Positions 1-10,221 of a stretch of 32,000 bases of DNA are shown here, in pieces. Under the pieces are notes generated by a model. That model was not told the DNA's origin, did not search any database, and saw only the letters and a list, made by a program, of their open reading frames with translations. Numbering within the stretch: position 1 is the first letter of the stretch; each line of letters begins with the position of its first letter. The DNA lies in NCBI RefSeq assembly GCF_913057115.1, contig NZ_CAJXNN010000001.1:118441-150440 (forward strand), read 5' to 3'. This stretch comes from an uncultured Roseovarius sp. GTDB taxonomy: Bacteria > Pseudomonadota > Alphaproteobacteria > Rhodobacterales > Rhodobacteraceae. The position numbers and the translations under genes are program-made.

Positions 1-1946
1 CCGTGGCGACCGGGGTGGAACCATTCCGGCCCGTCGCGCAGGATTTGCACCTTCACAGGCGCGCCCATGGCCGACAGGATCGCCTCGGCATCGGCCTTGG
101 CATCGTAAAGATCCACGGGCCGGGAGGCACCGTGCACATCCTTCGGCCCGTTGCGCCCGACCAAAAGGCCGGTGACCTGCACATGCTGTTGTTCAGGCTC
201 ACCGCCTTCAAAAGCGTGGCCCACTTCGAAAAGCGCCAAATCGCTCATGCCGCGGGCCTGATTGCGGGCGGCGGCTTGTAGCAGACCGGGTAGCAGATCG
301 GGGCGCATATGGCTCATTTCCGAGCTGATCGGGTTGGCCAGCATGGTGGCATCGCCGCCGCCGCCAAAGCGCGCGGCACTGGCTTGGTCAATGAAGCTAT
401 AGGTGACACATTCGTTATAGCCCAAGGCCGCCGTGGTGCGGCGGGCGGCCTGTTCGCGGCGCTGCATGGGGCTGAGGATCGGTTTCGGCACACCCACCTG
501 ACCCCGCGCCAAGGGCTTGCCTTCCAGCTTGGTCAGGGAGGCCACCCGCGCCACCTCTTCCACCAGATCGGCCTCGCCCATCACGTCGGGGCGCCAGCTT
601 GGCACATGGGCCATGTCGCCCTCAAGGCGGAAGCCTAGGGCGGTCAGGGTCTGGCGTTGCTCGGCCTCGGGGATGTCCATGCCCACAAGCGATTGCACGC
701 GGGCGGGATCAAGCCGGTAGGCGCGGCTGACATCGGGGACTTCACCGGCGATGATCACCTCGGACGGCTCGCCGCCGCAAAGGTCCAGGATCATCTGGGT
801 GGCCAGCTCGATCGCCTGCATGTTGAAGGCCGGATCAATGCCGCGTTCGTTGCGATAGCGCGCGTCGGAATTGATCTTGAGGGCGCGACCCGTAGTGGCG
901 ATTTGCACGTGGTCCCAAACCGCGGCCTCAAGGAAGACATTGGTGGTCTCATCGGTGCAACCCGTTGAAAGGCCACCCATAATTCCGCCGATGCTTTCCA
1001 CGCCGGTGTCATCGGATATCACCACTTGGCCGGGGCCGAAGGTGTATTCCTTTTCGTCCAAGCCCATCAGGGTTTCGCCGCCCGTGGTGCGGTGCACCCG
1101 CAGGTCACCGGTGACCTTGTCGGCATCGAAAACATGCAAGGGGCGGTTGCGGTCGAAGGTGAAGAAGTTGGTCACATCCACCAGCGCCGAGATGGGGCGC
1201 AGGCCGATGGCGCGCAGGCGGTCTTGCAGCCATTCGGGCGATGGGCCGTTCTTGATACCGCGGATCAGACGCCCGGCGAAAACCTCGCAGCCACCTTCAC
1301 GGGTATCTTCGTCAATCGTCACGGCGATCGGGCAAGGGAATTGCCCCTCCACCTGCGCCTCGGGGGCGGGCTTCATCGTGCCAAGGCCGCGCGCAGCCAG
1401 ATCAAGCGCGATACCGCGCACGCCCAAAGCATCGGGGCGGTTGGGGGTGATGGCGATCTCGATCACCGGGTCCACCTTGGCGGGGTCATGGACCGCCAGC
1501 CAGTCGGTGAACCGCTCGCCCACCTCGCCCGAGGGCAACTCTATGATGCCGTCGTGTTCTTCCGACAATTCCATCTCGCGCTCGGAGGCCATCATCCCGT
1601 AGCTTTCGATGCCACGGATCTTGCCAACGCCAATTGTTGTATCAATTCCAGGGACATAGACGCCCGGCTTGGCCACCACCACGGTGATCCCTTCGCGTGC
1701 ATTCGGCGCGCCGCAGATGATCTGTGTCTGCCCCTCGTCGGTCTCGACCTGACAGACCTTCAGCTTGTCCGCATCGGGGTGCTTCTCGGCGGAGACCACC
1801 TTGCCGATGGTAAACTCAGAAAGTCGCTCGGCGGGGTTGGAAATCTCTTCCACCTCAAGGCCCAGATCGGTCAGGGCCTCGGCAATCTCGGCCACGCTGG
1901 CCTCGGTCTCAAGATGGTCTTTCAGCCACGACAGGGTGAATTTCAT
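1..1946 (-). CDS. pheT: Phenylalanine--tRNA ligase beta subunit, partial (C-terminus runs off the left edge)
   Basis: Manual minus-strand translation from the ATG at 1946 gives MKFTLSWLKDHLETEASVAEIAEALTDLGLEVEEI...FTIGKVVSAEKHPDADKLKVCQVETDEG..IICGAPNA, the typical PheT N-terminus with tRNA-binding domain. The frame stays open to position 1. It is missing from the ORF track because the stop lies outside the window. Confidence 0.95.
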   Translation of the reverse strand, partial: MKFTLSWLKDHLETEASVAEIAEALTDLGLEVEEISNPAERLSEFTIGKVVSAEKHPDADKLKVCQVETDEGQTQIICGAPNAREGITVVVAKPGVYVPGIDTTIGVGKIRGIESYGMMASEREMELSEEHDGIIELPSGEVGERFTDWLAVHDPAKVDPVIEIAITPNRPDALGVRGIALDLAARGLGTMKPAPEAQVEGQFPCPIAVTIDEDTREGGCEVFAGRLIRGIKNGPSPEWLQDRLRAIGLRPISALVDVTNFFTFDRNRPLHVFDADKVTGDLRVHRTTGGETLMGLDEKEYTFGPGQVVISDDTGVESIGGIMGGLSTGCTDETTNVFLEAAVWDHVQIATTGRALKINSDARYRNERGIDPAFNMQAIELATQMILDLCGGEPSEVIIAGEVPDVSRAYRLDPARVQSLVGMDIPEAEQRQTLTALGFRLEGDMAHVPSWRPDVMGEADLVEEVARVASLTKLEGKPLARGQVGVPKPILSPMQRREQAARRTTAALGYNECVTYSFIDQASAARFGGGGDATMLANPISSEMSHMRPDLLPGLLQAAARNQARGMSDLALFEVGHAFEGGEPEQQHVQVTGLLVGRNGPKDVHGASRPVDLYDAKADAEAILSAMGAPVKVQILRDGPEWFHPGRH

Positions 1947-2269
1947 CGGCTTTCATCCACGGATAAACAAGGGTTTCACGCGCGTTTAGCCCATATGAAT
2001 GACCGGGAAAACCCCAAGCCAAATCCCTTTCTTCTGGCCTTAAATATCCTGGGGGTGAATTGGCCGAAGGCCAAGAGGGGGCAACGCCCCCTGCCCCATC
2101 CCCGCGAATCACACCTAAGCCCTTGGTAAACAAACAAAATACTTATCAGCATTGCGTCGGCAAAACGTCGGTATTGCGTCGGTGCGATGCCTCTCAAACC
2201 CGCAGTTTAACAAGGCGCGCGGCGCAAAACGTACAAAACCTACGTGACTTTCGTACGCAGCCCCGCCGC

Positions 2270-2551
2270 TCAATCTCGGGCGCGTTGTGCCAGTTGATCA
2301 AGGTTGCCCATGCGCCAAAGCTGCACCTCGCGCGCAAGGCGCAAGCTGGGTTTGAGGCAGAAGAAGACCGAGCCGATGACGAACAGCCAGATCGCTGTCG
2401 TTTCCACCGAGGGCCAGAAAAACAAGATCGAGCCGACGAGAAAGGAAATCGCCGCGATGAAATCGGCCACGGTATGGGCAATTTCATAGGCGGCGTAAAC
2501 GCGGCGGGTATCAGCGCTGCGCTGACGGGCTTCGTGGGTAAACAGGCGCAT
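2270..2551 (-). CDS. Small YrhK-like membrane protein (93 aa using the internal Met)
   Basis: ORF 2270..2707(-). The start is placed at MRLFTHEARQ (ATG at 2551) because a terminator hairpin at 2651-2672 lies inside the longer ORF. Two hydrophobic helices (FIAAISFLVGSILFFW, AIWLFVIGSVFFCL) resemble the YrhK-like family. Confidence 0.6.
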   Translation of the reverse strand: MRLFTHEARQRSADTRRVYAAYEIAHTVADFIAAISFLVGSILFFWPSVETTAIWLFVIGSVFFCLKPSLRLAREVQLWRMGNLDQLAQRARD

Positions 2552-2633
2552 GACGGGCCTCCGGCTTGCATCGGGTTTACCTGGAGGGTGGCGGGTTGAC
2601 CTTGGAGAGGCAAGAGCGGCGGCGAGGCGTTTT

Positions 2634-2672
2634 CTTGAAAAGAAAACGGCCCGGAATTTTTGAAAATTCCGG
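2634..2672 (-). terminator. Rho-independent terminator downstream of pheS
   Basis: Perfect inverted repeat ccggaatttt (2651-2660) / aaaattccgg (2663-2672). On the minus strand it is followed by gccgttttcttttc (T-rich). Confidence 0.55.
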
Positions 2673-2808
2673 TCATTCGCCGGAACAAGCCGCGCCCTGC
2701 CGCTCATCAGCCCTTACGGGCTTCATCGCGAAGAACGCAAGTGATGAGCGGTGCCAGAGCAGTCGTGCGCATGAATGCGCACCCTACGGGCATTGGTCAG
2801 GATTTGAC

Positions 2809-3882
2809 TTAGCGACTCAACCCACCGTGCAACGTCGGCTGATCCAAACTCGCAAACCCGTAGTGGCGCAGCCAGCGGAGGTCGGAATCGAAGAAGGCGC
2901 GCAGGTCGGGGATGCCGTATTTCAGCATGGCGATCCGGTCGATGCCCATCCCGAAGGCAAAGCCCTGCCATGCCGCCGGGTCTATGTCGCCTGCCATCAG
3001 CACCTTGGGGTGCACCATGCCGGAGCCCAGAATCTCAAGCCAGTCGTCGCCTTCGCCGATTTTCAGGGTGCCATCGGCCCATGAGCAACGAATGTCGACC
3101 TCGGCCGAGGGTTCGGTGAAGGGGAAGTGCGAGGCGCGGAAGCGCAGCTCTACCCCGTCCACCTCGAAGAACGCGCGGCAGAACTCCTCCAGCACCCATT
3201 TCAGGTTGGCCATGGAGATGTCTTTATCAATCGCCAGCCCCTCGACCTGATGGAACATCGGCGTGTGGGTCTGGTCATAATCGGCACGGTACACACGGCC
3301 CGGACAGATCACGCGGATGGGGGCGCCTTGGGCCTCCATCGAGCGGATTTGCACCGGCGAGGTATGGGTGCGCAGCACATGCGGCGGGCGGTCGTCATCT
3401 GCGGCGCGGTGCATGTAGAAGGTATCCATCTCGGCCCTTGCGGGATGGTGGCCGGGGATGTTGAGCGCATCGAAATTGTGCCAATCGCTTTCCACCTGCG
3501 GGCCTTCGGCCACGGCAAAGCCCATGTCGGCGAAGATCGCGGTGACCTCTTCGGTAACTTGGGACACCGGGTGGATCGTACCCATGCGGCGGCCCCGCGC
3601 GGGCAGCGTGACATCCAGCCATTCGGCGCGCAGGCGTTCATCGAGTGCGGCATCCGAAAGCGCCTGTTTCTTGGCGGCAAGGGCCGAATTGATTTCGTCC
3701 TTGAGGGCGTTGAGTTTCGGCCCCATGATCTGCCGTTCCTCGGGGGTCATCTTGCCCAACTCGCGCATCTTGAGGCTGATCTCGCCCTTTTTGCCGACGG
3801 CCTGCACGCGCAGGTCTTCGAGGGTGGATTCGTCGCCTGCGTTTGCGATGGCGGCAAGGTACTTGTCTCTGAGGTCGTCCAT
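2809..3882 (-). CDS. pheS: Phenylalanine--tRNA ligase alpha subunit
   Basis: 357-aa ORF with class-II aaRS motifs typical of PheS ([52 protein letters not shown]). Confidence 0.97.
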   Translation of the reverse strand: MDDLRDKYLAAIANAGDESTLEDLRVQAVGKKGEISLKMRELGKMTPEERQIMGPKLNALKDEINSALAAKKQALSDAALDERLRAEWLDVTLPARGRRMGTIHPVSQVTEEVTAIFADMGFAVAEGPQVESDWHNFDALNIPGHHPARAEMDTFYMHRAADDDRPPHVLRTHTSPVQIRSMEAQGAPIRVICPGRVYRADYDQTHTPMFHQVEGLAIDKDISMANLKWVLEEFCRAFFEVDGVELRFRASHFPFTEPSAEVDIRCSWADGTLKIGEGDDWLEILGSGMVHPKVLMAGDIDPAAWQGFAFGMGIDRIAMLKYGIPDLRAFFDSDLRWLRHYGFASLDQPTLHGGLSR

Positions 3883-3949
3883 GAGCCTATCCCTTTGGTC
3901 TTGGCCGCTCTGCTATACCTTTGGGGCGCGTGAGACAAGGTGCTTGGGG

Positions 3950-4834
3950 CTAGAGGTCGCGGACATATTCGGCGGTGAAGCGGGCGTAGCCGTGGGCGGT
4001 GACGCGGTGCTGGCCTTTCATGTGCTCATGCAGCGCGGGAAGCTGGTGAAAGGGCACCTGTGGCAGGCTGTGGTGTTCGACATGGTAGGGCATGTTCCAC
4101 GCCAGAAAGCGCACCGCGCGGTTGGTGAAAGTGGTGCGGGTGTTTTCCAGCATATTGGCGACAAAGGCGCAGCGACCATGTTCAGCAAGTAGGTAGAGGC
4201 GCAGGAAGGGTTGGCCGATGAGGCAGGGCAGGAGCCAGACCCAGAACAGCAGCGGTGTGACCGTGATGCTGAGGGCGCAAAGGGCGTAGCCTGCCAGCAT
4301 GATACGGGCCTCTTGGCGGATACGGGTGTGGGCGCGCGCGGGCACGTATTCGCCGGGGTCGCGGCCCAGCGCATTGCCGATGGTTTGCCGCGCCATGCCC
4401 CACCAATAGGGCACCCCGCTGATGTGAATGAGGTAAGCGGGCCATGTTTCGGGCTTGGCCCCCGAGAGCAGTTCGGGGTCTTTGTCGGGGATATTGGTGT
4501 GGCGGTGGTGGGCGAGGTGGAAATAGCGGAACCATTCGAACGGATTGAGGATCAGGAAACCGGTGATGCGGCCCGCCCATTCATTGAGCCACGGCGTGGC
4601 GAAGGGGCTTTTATGGGTTGCTTCATGTTCCAGCGTGAAGAGAAAGCAGATCGAGATGCCCTGCCCGACAAGCGCCAGTTGCCAGAGCGGCCAGCCTTGG
4701 GCGATCCAGAGACCAAAGCCCACGATTAACGCCAAATGACCCGCGAGGTGACGCAGGCCGGGGGCATCAGACAAGGCATTGAGCCGTGCCAACTCATCTT
4801 TTGGAAGGGTGGCTATAAGGGCTTTGTGATCCAT
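3950..4834 (-). CDS. Membrane fatty-acid desaturase family protein
   Basis: 294-aa ORF with the three histidine boxes of membrane desaturases (HEATHKS, HLAHHRH, HVEHH) and several hydrophobic helices. Confidence 0.85.
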   Translation of the reverse strand: MDHKALIATLPKDELARLNALSDAPGLRHLAGHLALIVGFGLWIAQGWPLWQLALVGQGISICFLFTLEHEATHKSPFATPWLNEWAGRITGFLILNPFEWFRYFHLAHHRHTNIPDKDPELLSGAKPETWPAYLIHISGVPYWWGMARQTIGNALGRDPGEYVPARAHTRIRQEARIMLAGYALCALSITVTPLLFWVWLLPCLIGQPFLRLYLLAEHGRCAFVANMLENTRTTFTNRAVRFLAWNMPYHVEHHSLPQVPFHQLPALHEHMKGQHRVTAHGYARFTAEYVRDL

Positions 4835-4869
4835 GGTGGCGGCAGTTTAGGCCGCCGCCGAGGATCGTG

Positions 4870-5031
4870 TCACGCGACTTCTGAGTAGGGCGCGTGATCG
4901 CGGCGCGCGAATTCGACTTTCGAGGCCTTTTCACCCTTATTGCGACCAACTTCACGGTCGTGGGCCTCCAGAAGGCGGCGGGCCTTCTCACTCAGAAAGG
5001 GGGGCTGCTCGTGGCTTGCGTCAAAGGGCAT
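4870..5031 (-). CDS. Hypothetical small protein (53 aa), weakly supported
   Basis: Internal Met of ORF 4870..5172(-), preceded by aaggaa. The product MPFDASHEQPPFLSEKARRLLEAHDREVGRNKGEK... is charged and has no recognisable motif. Confidence 0.2.
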   Translation of the reverse strand: MPFDASHEQPPFLSEKARRLLEAHDREVGRNKGEKASKVEFARRDHAPYSEVA

Positions 5032-5174
5032 GATGCGTTCCTTCGCTCTGCTTCTGCATCTCTTCGGCCTTCTGGCCTTGATGCAGAAGATGGCAGGCGA
5101 TTCGGGAGGCATTAGGGCCGAAAGGTGATTTCCGTAGCGATTGCCGCCACAATCCGGCCATGAACCGCACAACG

Positions 5175-5205
5175 AAAAACGCCGCCGGGTTTGTCCCGAC
5201 GGCGC
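5175..5205 (-). terminator. Rho-independent terminator downstream of rplT
   Basis: The minus strand reads GCGCCGUCGGG-acaaa-CCCGGCGGCG followed by UUUUUCG. This is a 10-bp GC-rich stem with one G-U pair, about 25 nt after the rplT stop. Confidence 0.7.
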
Positions 5206-5231
5206 TTTTTGTTGTCCCTCGTGCGACTGGC

Positions 5232-5597
5232 TTATTGGGCCAGGGCGCTTTTTGCCTGATCGACGATGGCGCCGAAAGCGGCCGGTTCGCGCACGGCGAG
5301 ATCGGCCAGAACCTTACGGTCCACTTCGATGCCGGCCAGGTTGAGGCCATTGATGAAGCGCGAGTAAGTCAGTGCTTCGTCATGTGCGCGCACAGCGGCG
5401 TTGATCCGCTGAATCCACAGCGCGCGGAAATTGCGCTTGCGGTTCTTGCGGTCGCGTGTGGCGTACTGGTTGGCCTTGTCGACGGCCTGAGTGGCCACCT
5501 TGAAGGTGTTCTTGCGGCGGCCATAGTAGCCTTTGGCGGCCTTGGTGATTTTCTTGTGACGGGCGTGGGTTACTGTCCCACCTTTAACGCGTGCCAT
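5232..5597 (-). CDS. rplT: 50S ribosomal protein L20
   Basis: 121-aa [33 protein letters not shown]..., the canonical L20 N-terminus. Confidence 0.97.
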   Translation of the reverse strand: MARVKGGTVTHARHKKITKAAKGYYGRRKNTFKVATQAVDKANQYATRDRKNRKRNFRALWIQRINAAVRAHDEALTYSRFINGLNLAGIEVDRKVLADLAVREPAAFGAIVDQAKSALAQ

Positions 5598-5616
5598 ATG
5601 TCAGTTCTCCTTGGCC

Positions 5617-5817
5617 TTAGCGGGAATAGGGCATCATCGGGCGGACGATCTTGGCGTCTGCCTCGGACATGACCGTGGTGCCACGGGCATCGCGGATGAA
5701 CTTGTTGGTACGTTTGATCATGCCGTGGCGCTTACCGGCTTGGCCGGTTTTGATTTTGCCATTGGCCGTGACCTTGAACCGCTTTTTGCAGCTCGACTTC
5801 GTCTTCATCTTGGGCAT
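5617..5817 (-). CDS. rpmI: 50S ribosomal protein L35
   Basis: Internal start [36 protein letters not shown]... (66 aa) preceded by aaggag. It lies immediately upstream of rplT, as in the conserved rpmI-rplT operon. Confidence 0.95.
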   Translation of the reverse strand: MPKMKTKSSCKKRFKVTANGKIKTGQAGKRHGMIKRTNKFIRDARGTTVMSEADAKIVRPMMPYSR

Positions 5818-6070
5818 TTCCGGCTCCTTTTCCTTCGGGTCGGTCATTATGCGCGACTCGGCATGCCACTTAGGCCGGTCCCGCGGACAGGGGGGCCATA
5901 TACGCCCGCTTTGGTCTGATGGCAAGGGAAAATCGGAGGCGCGCACGGGGGGCGTGCTGACGATGGTACAATCCTGTCATTGCCACCTATCTGATCCCGC
6001 GGCAACAGCCCGCCGCGACGAAATCAGCACTCCTGACGCCCTGCGCAACCGGCTGCGGAATGCTGCGCCT

Positions 6071-6295
6071 TCACGTCAGATACTTCGCCACCACGCGCAC
6101 GAAGGTGTCGGGGATATCCTCGATCGGGTAGCCACCCGGTTTTTCGCTGATGGACCAGACCATCAATGCGCCACCCGCGATAATCGCGAAGGCGGCGACG
6201 CGCGGGGCGCGACCTTCGGTAATCGCGGACATGATCGAGGGAATGGAAAACACCGTCAGGATGATGCCAATGATGAAGGCCAGATCGGGATCCAT
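6071..6295 (-). CDS. Small integral membrane protein (74 aa)
   Basis: The start MDPDLAFIIGIILTVF is preceded by ggagg. There are two hydrophobic helices and no family is recognised. Confidence 0.5.
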   Translation of the reverse strand: MDPDLAFIIGIILTVFSIPSIMSAITEGRAPRVAAFAIIAGGALMVWSISEKPGGYPIEDIPDTFVRVVAKYLT

Positions 6296-6336
6296 TGTAA
6301 ACCTCCGGTAACCTCTCAAAAGAGGATTACCCGAGG

Positions 6337-7782
6337 TTACCCCGGTTCGGTCGAATAAATCAAACTTTCCTGACAGGGCGCCACACGCAGGATGTTCGTG
6401 GTGCCCGGCACGTTGAACGGGACACCGGCGGTGACGACGATCTGATCCAGCGCTTCGGCGTAACCGTGTTCGCGGGCGGCGCGCGCGGCGCTGAGCACCG
6501 CTTGTTTGAAGCGTTCAAGCTCGCCTGTCATCACGCAGTTCACGCCCCATGTCAGGGCCAGACGCCGCGCGGTACCACGCATGTTGGTCATGGCGATGAT
6601 CGGCACGCGGGGGCGTTCGCGCGCTGTCAGAAGCGCGGTGGTGCCCGATTGGGTGAAACAGCAGATCGCCTTGATGTCGGTGGTTTCCGCAATTTCACGA
6701 GCGGCGGCGACGATCCCGTCGGCCACGGTTGTACGCTCGGCCCGGCGCGAGGCTTCGATCACCTCGCGATAGGTCGGGTCGTCCTCGACCTCGCGGGCGA
6801 CGTTGTCCATCGTGGTCACGGCTTCGACCGGATAGTCGCCCGCCGCCGATTCCGCCGACAGCATGATGGCATCGGAGCCTTCGTAGATGGCGGTGGCCAC
6901 GTCCGAGACCTCGGCCCGGGTGGGCATGGGCGACTCGATCATCGATTCGAGCATCTGGGTGGCGACGATCACCGGCTTGGCCATCGACCGGCACTTGCGC
7001 ACAAGACGTTTCTGGATCGGCGGCACGTTCTGCACGGGCAGTTCCACGCCCAGATCACCGCGGGCCACCATGATACCGTCGGAGGCGTCGAGAATCGCAT
7101 CGAAGCGGGCCACCGCGGCGGGCTTTTCGATCTTGGACAGGATCGCGGCGCGGCCCTTGGCCAGGTCGCGGGCCTCGGTCACGTCTTCTGCGCGTTGTAC
7201 GAAGCTGAGCGCGAGCCAGTCGATACCGAGGTCACAGACGAATTCAAGATCCTTGCGGTCCTTTTCGGACAGGGCAGCCACCGGAAGCACGACATCCGGC
7301 ACGTTGACGCCCTTGCGGTTGGAGATTGTACCGCCGGTGACGACTTCGGTCTGGGCGAAATCCTTGCCGCAGTCGGTGACGCGCAGGCGAATCTTGCCGT
7401 CATTGACCAGCAGGCTCGCCCCCACTTCAAGCGCCTCGAAAATCTCGGGATGGGGCAGGCAAACGCGGGTGGCGTCGCCTTCGGCCTCATCAAGATCAAG
7501 ACGGAACGACGCCCCTTCCTCAAGCTCTTCTTCGCCATTGGCAAAGGTGCCAACGCGCAGCTTGGGGCCTTGCAGGTCGGCAAGAATTGCAATGGGGCTT
7601 TTCAGGTCTTCCTCGACCTGCCGGATGATGCGGTGTTTCTCGGCAATCTCGTCATGGATGCCGTGGCTCATGTTCAGACGAAAAACATCTGCCCCGGCCT
7701 CGTGCAGCGCGCGGATGGTCTCGTAATCGGAGGACGCGGGGCCAAGCGTGGCCACGATCTTGACGTTGCGGTGGCGTCTCAT
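6337..7782 (-). CDS. pyk: Pyruvate kinase
   Basis: 481-aa ORF MRRHRNVKIVATLGPAS...FRLNMSHG...MVARGDLGVELP...ATQMLESM, the hallmark pyruvate kinase motifs. Confidence 0.97.
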   Translation of the reverse strand: MRRHRNVKIVATLGPASSDYETIRALHEAGADVFRLNMSHGIHDEIAEKHRIIRQVEEDLKSPIAILADLQGPKLRVGTFANGEEELEEGASFRLDLDEAEGDATRVCLPHPEIFEALEVGASLLVNDGKIRLRVTDCGKDFAQTEVVTGGTISNRKGVNVPDVVLPVAALSEKDRKDLEFVCDLGIDWLALSFVQRAEDVTEARDLAKGRAAILSKIEKPAAVARFDAILDASDGIMVARGDLGVELPVQNVPPIQKRLVRKCRSMAKPVIVATQMLESMIESPMPTRAEVSDVATAIYEGSDAIMLSAESAAGDYPVEAVTTMDNVAREVEDDPTYREVIEASRRAERTTVADGIVAAAREIAETTDIKAICCFTQSGTTALLTARERPRVPIIAMTNMRGTARRLALTWGVNCVMTGELERFKQAVLSAARAAREHGYAEALDQIVVTAGVPFNVPGTTNILRVAPCQESLIYSTEPG

Positions 7783-7972
7783 GCGGTAGGGTGTCCTTGT
7801 CGTCTTGTTGTCTTTGCGGTGTCACGCGCCGGGCGGTGACTGTCAATGGCGCATAAGGGAAAGGCGGGGGAACACCCTGTCCGTTAGCGCTAACACACTT
7901 CAAAGTCCTTATTACGCATTTCACATCCCCATGCAACTGTCATAAACCCTGCGCAAAGGACATGACAGGCAC

Positions 7973-8713
7973 ATGACGTACACCCCGTTTTTCATCGAAG
8001 GGGCCGACCGCCCCGCGCGTTGGCTGATTACCTGTGACCACGCGGCCAATACCGTGCCGCCCTTCGTGGGCGGCGGAAGCCTTGGGTTGTCCGAGGCCGA
8101 TATGACCCGGCATATCGCCTATGACGTGGGCGCCAAGGGCTTGGCGCGGGGCTTGGGCGCGGCCTTGGATGCGCCGGTGATCGAGACGAATTTCTCGCGG
8201 CTCGTGATTGACCCGAACCGCGGCGAAGATGACCCGACGCTTTTGATGAAGCTCTATGACGGGACGATCATCCCGGCCAACCGGCATGCCGGGGCCGAGG
8301 AACTGGAGTTGCGGCTGAACCGCTGTTACCGGCCTTATCACACGGCCTTGGCCGAATTGGCCGCGCGGCGCGACGATACGATCATTGTCTCGATCCACAG
8401 CTTTACACCGCAGTTGCAAGGCCGCCCGCCCCGGCCTTGGCATGTGGGGGTTCTGTATGCCGCCGACGAGCGGTTGAGCCGACCCTTGATCAACCGGTTG
8501 CATCAGGAGCATGACCTGTGCATCGGGGAAAACCAGCCCTATGGCGGGCACCTTCCGGGTGACGCCATCGCGCGTCATGCGATTGCCTATCAGCGGCCCA
8601 ATGTCCTGATAGAATTGCGCAATGACCTGATCAGGGCGGAGGCGGACCAAGCAGCATGGGCCGAAAGGCTGGCCCCGCTTCTGGAAGAGGCGGCGGACCG
8701 CGCAGGAGTTTAA
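7973..8713 (+). CDS. N-formylglutamate amidohydrolase family protein
   Basis: 246-aa ORF. The pattern ITCDHAANTVP...SRLVIDPNRG...SIHSFTP is the FGase-family metal-binding signature as I remember it. Confidence 0.8.
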   Translation: MTYTPFFIEGADRPARWLITCDHAANTVPPFVGGGSLGLSEADMTRHIAYDVGAKGLARGLGAALDAPVIETNFSRLVIDPNRGEDDPTLLMKLYDGTIIPANRHAGAEELELRLNRCYRPYHTALAELAARRDDTIIVSIHSFTPQLQGRPPRPWHVGVLYAADERLSRPLINRLHQEHDLCIGENQPYGGHLPGDAIARHAIAYQRPNVLIELRNDLIRAEADQAAWAERLAPLLEEAADRAGV

Positions 8714-8714
8714 G

Positions 8715-9110
8715 TCAATCCGCTGTGTATGTGCCGTGCAAGCAGCCACTTTCGGCATCGAACCTCGGCGAGGTATGCAGCCGGTCGGATAACTCGAACT
8801 GGGCGCATATTTCATAGGCCGTATCGGACAGGCGCGCATAGCGATAGGGGGCATCGGTGAAACGGTCCGTCAGTTGCGGCGCGGGGCAATCCCGGGTCTC
8901 GTCCAAAACCTGCGGCAAGGTGTTGCCCTTGGTTCTGGCAAGGCAGGTCACATGAGCCTGAAGGCTGTGCAGGTCGGACATCCGCTTTTGATCGCGGTTT
9001 TCCATGCGGGCGGCCTCGGGCCCGCCGATAAGCCAGAACCCGGCAGCCAAGGCCGCCACGACACCGGCGCCAAGCAGGAATTGGGGAAGCGCCTTATTCG
9101 CCATCGTCAT
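8715..9110 (-). CDS. Hypothetical membrane-anchored protein
   Basis: 131-aa ORF with an N-terminal hydrophobic anchor (FLLGAGVVAALAAGFWLIG). A GGAGG box favours the ATG at 9104 over 9110. It overlaps the end of the upstream gene, which suggests an operon. Confidence 0.5.
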   Translation of the reverse strand: MTMANKALPQFLLGAGVVAALAAGFWLIGGPEAARMENRDQKRMSDLHSLQAHVTCLARTKGNTLPQVLDETRDCPAPQLTDRFTDAPYRYARLSDTAYEICAQFELSDRLHTSPRFDAESGCLHGTYTAD

Positions 9111-9732
9111 CCTCCGCCAGTTGCGCCCGGTAATAAAGGAAGATCACGCCTGACACCGCCGCGACGACGGCGGACTTGGCGAGGAATTGAAGCGTTGCCT
9201 CGCCGTCCAGAAAGGTGAAAAGCACGAAAACGAGGGTTCCCAGAAGCGACAGCGCGGCGAGGAACAGAACGATATAGCCCACCCATTTGCGCACCACCGA
9301 GCGGCGCGCGCCCTTGTCGGCCATGGTCGCACGTTCCGCCCGGCGGTTGAGCCATGCAAAAAGCGGGAAAAAGACGATAAGCGTCGCCATGGACCAACGA
9401 ATGGAGGACAGGCGATAGACCCCGCCGCCCGCTCCATCCGGGTCGGGCCATGCATAGTCGATCAGGTGGATTCCCAGCATCACCAGATGCCACGCGGTCA
9501 TGCCCAGCGCGATGAAAATCAGGCCATAGAGAAACGCCTCGCGCGCAGAAACAAAGGGGCGGGGGCGCGGCACCGGCGGCAGGAAGGCGGTATCGTCCCA
9601 TGCCCTGAGGCCGGTGTCGATTTCGCTGTTGGTCCAACCGGCCTGATGCAGGGCTTGCTGAATCTCGGTGCGCGAGCGGCCCGCGTTCAGCGCCTCATGC
9701 ACGAAGGCGGCGATTTGATCGGAGTTCTTCAT
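9094..9732 (-). CDS. Integral membrane protein of unknown function (soluble N-terminal helical domain plus about 4 TM helices)
   Basis: 212-aa ORF with several long hydrophobic segments. I am not confident of any family assignment. Confidence 0.6.
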   Translation of the reverse strand: MKNSDQIAAFVHEALNAGRSRTEIQQALHQAGWTNSEIDTGLRAWDDTAFLPPVPRPRPFVSAREAFLYGLIFIALGMTAWHLVMLGIHLIDYAWPDPDGAGGGVYRLSSIRWSMATLIVFFPLFAWLNRRAERATMADKGARRSVVRKWVGYIVLFLAALSLLGTLVFVLFTFLDGEATLQFLAKSAVVAAVSGVIFLYYRAQLAEDDDGE

Positions 9733-9822
9733 GGATCCCCTTTCCGGCCATCTGGCTGTAACAGATCACACGAATACCGGACGGCACGCCATGACAGCGG
9801 TCAAGTCAGGGTTTGCCGCAGA

Positions 9823-10221
9823 TCACAGCCAGTCGCGCAGGATCGGGATGAGTGGGATATCCGCTGGCGGCATGGGGTAGTTGCGCAGTTCGTTCACCCG
9901 CGCCCACTTGAGGGTTTGCCCCTCGCGGCCTTGCGGGAAGCCCTGCCACTTGCGGCAGGCATAGAGCGGCATGAGCAGGTGAAAATCCTCGTAGGAGTGG
10001 CTGGCGAAGGTCAAAGGGGCAAGACAGCTTTCCCATGTGTCGATGCCCAACTCTTCCTGCAACTCCCGAATGAGGGCGTGCTCGGGGGTTTCGCCGGGTT
10101 CGACCTTGCCGCCCGGAAACTCCCACAAGCCCGCCATGGATTTGCCTTCGGGGCGTTGGGTCAGAAGGATGCGGCCCTCGACGTCAATCAAGGCCACAGC
10201 CGAGACAAGAACGGTTTTCAT
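9823..10221 (-). CDS. mutT: NUDIX hydrolase, MutT-like 8-oxo-dGTP diphosphatase
   Basis: 132-aa ORF with the Nudix box GGKVEPGETPEHALIRELQEELG. Its start overlaps the argJ stop by 4 nt. Confidence 0.85.
   Translation of the reverse strand: MKTVLVSAVALIDVEGRILLTQRPEGKSMAGLWEFPGGKVEPGETPEHALIRELQEELGIDTWESCLAPLTFASHSYEDFHLLMPLYACRKWQGFPQGREGQTLKWARVNELRNYPMPPADIPLIPILRDWL

Noticed and set aside
871-2129. Long plus-strand ORFs (871..1602, 1026..2129) overlapping the pheT region
   Set aside because: They lie antisense to a clearly recognisable PheT reading frame. Their products are Arg/Gly/Ala/His-rich and low-complexity, as expected for spurious open frames in high-GC DNA.
6466-7839. 457-aa plus-strand ORF opposite pyk
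   Set aside because: It lies antisense to an unambiguous pyruvate kinase gene, and its composition is typical of a GC-rich shadow ORF.
7940-8854. 304-aa minus-strand ORF opposite the FGase-family gene
   Set aside because: Shadow ORF. The plus-strand product has recognisable family motifs and this one does not.
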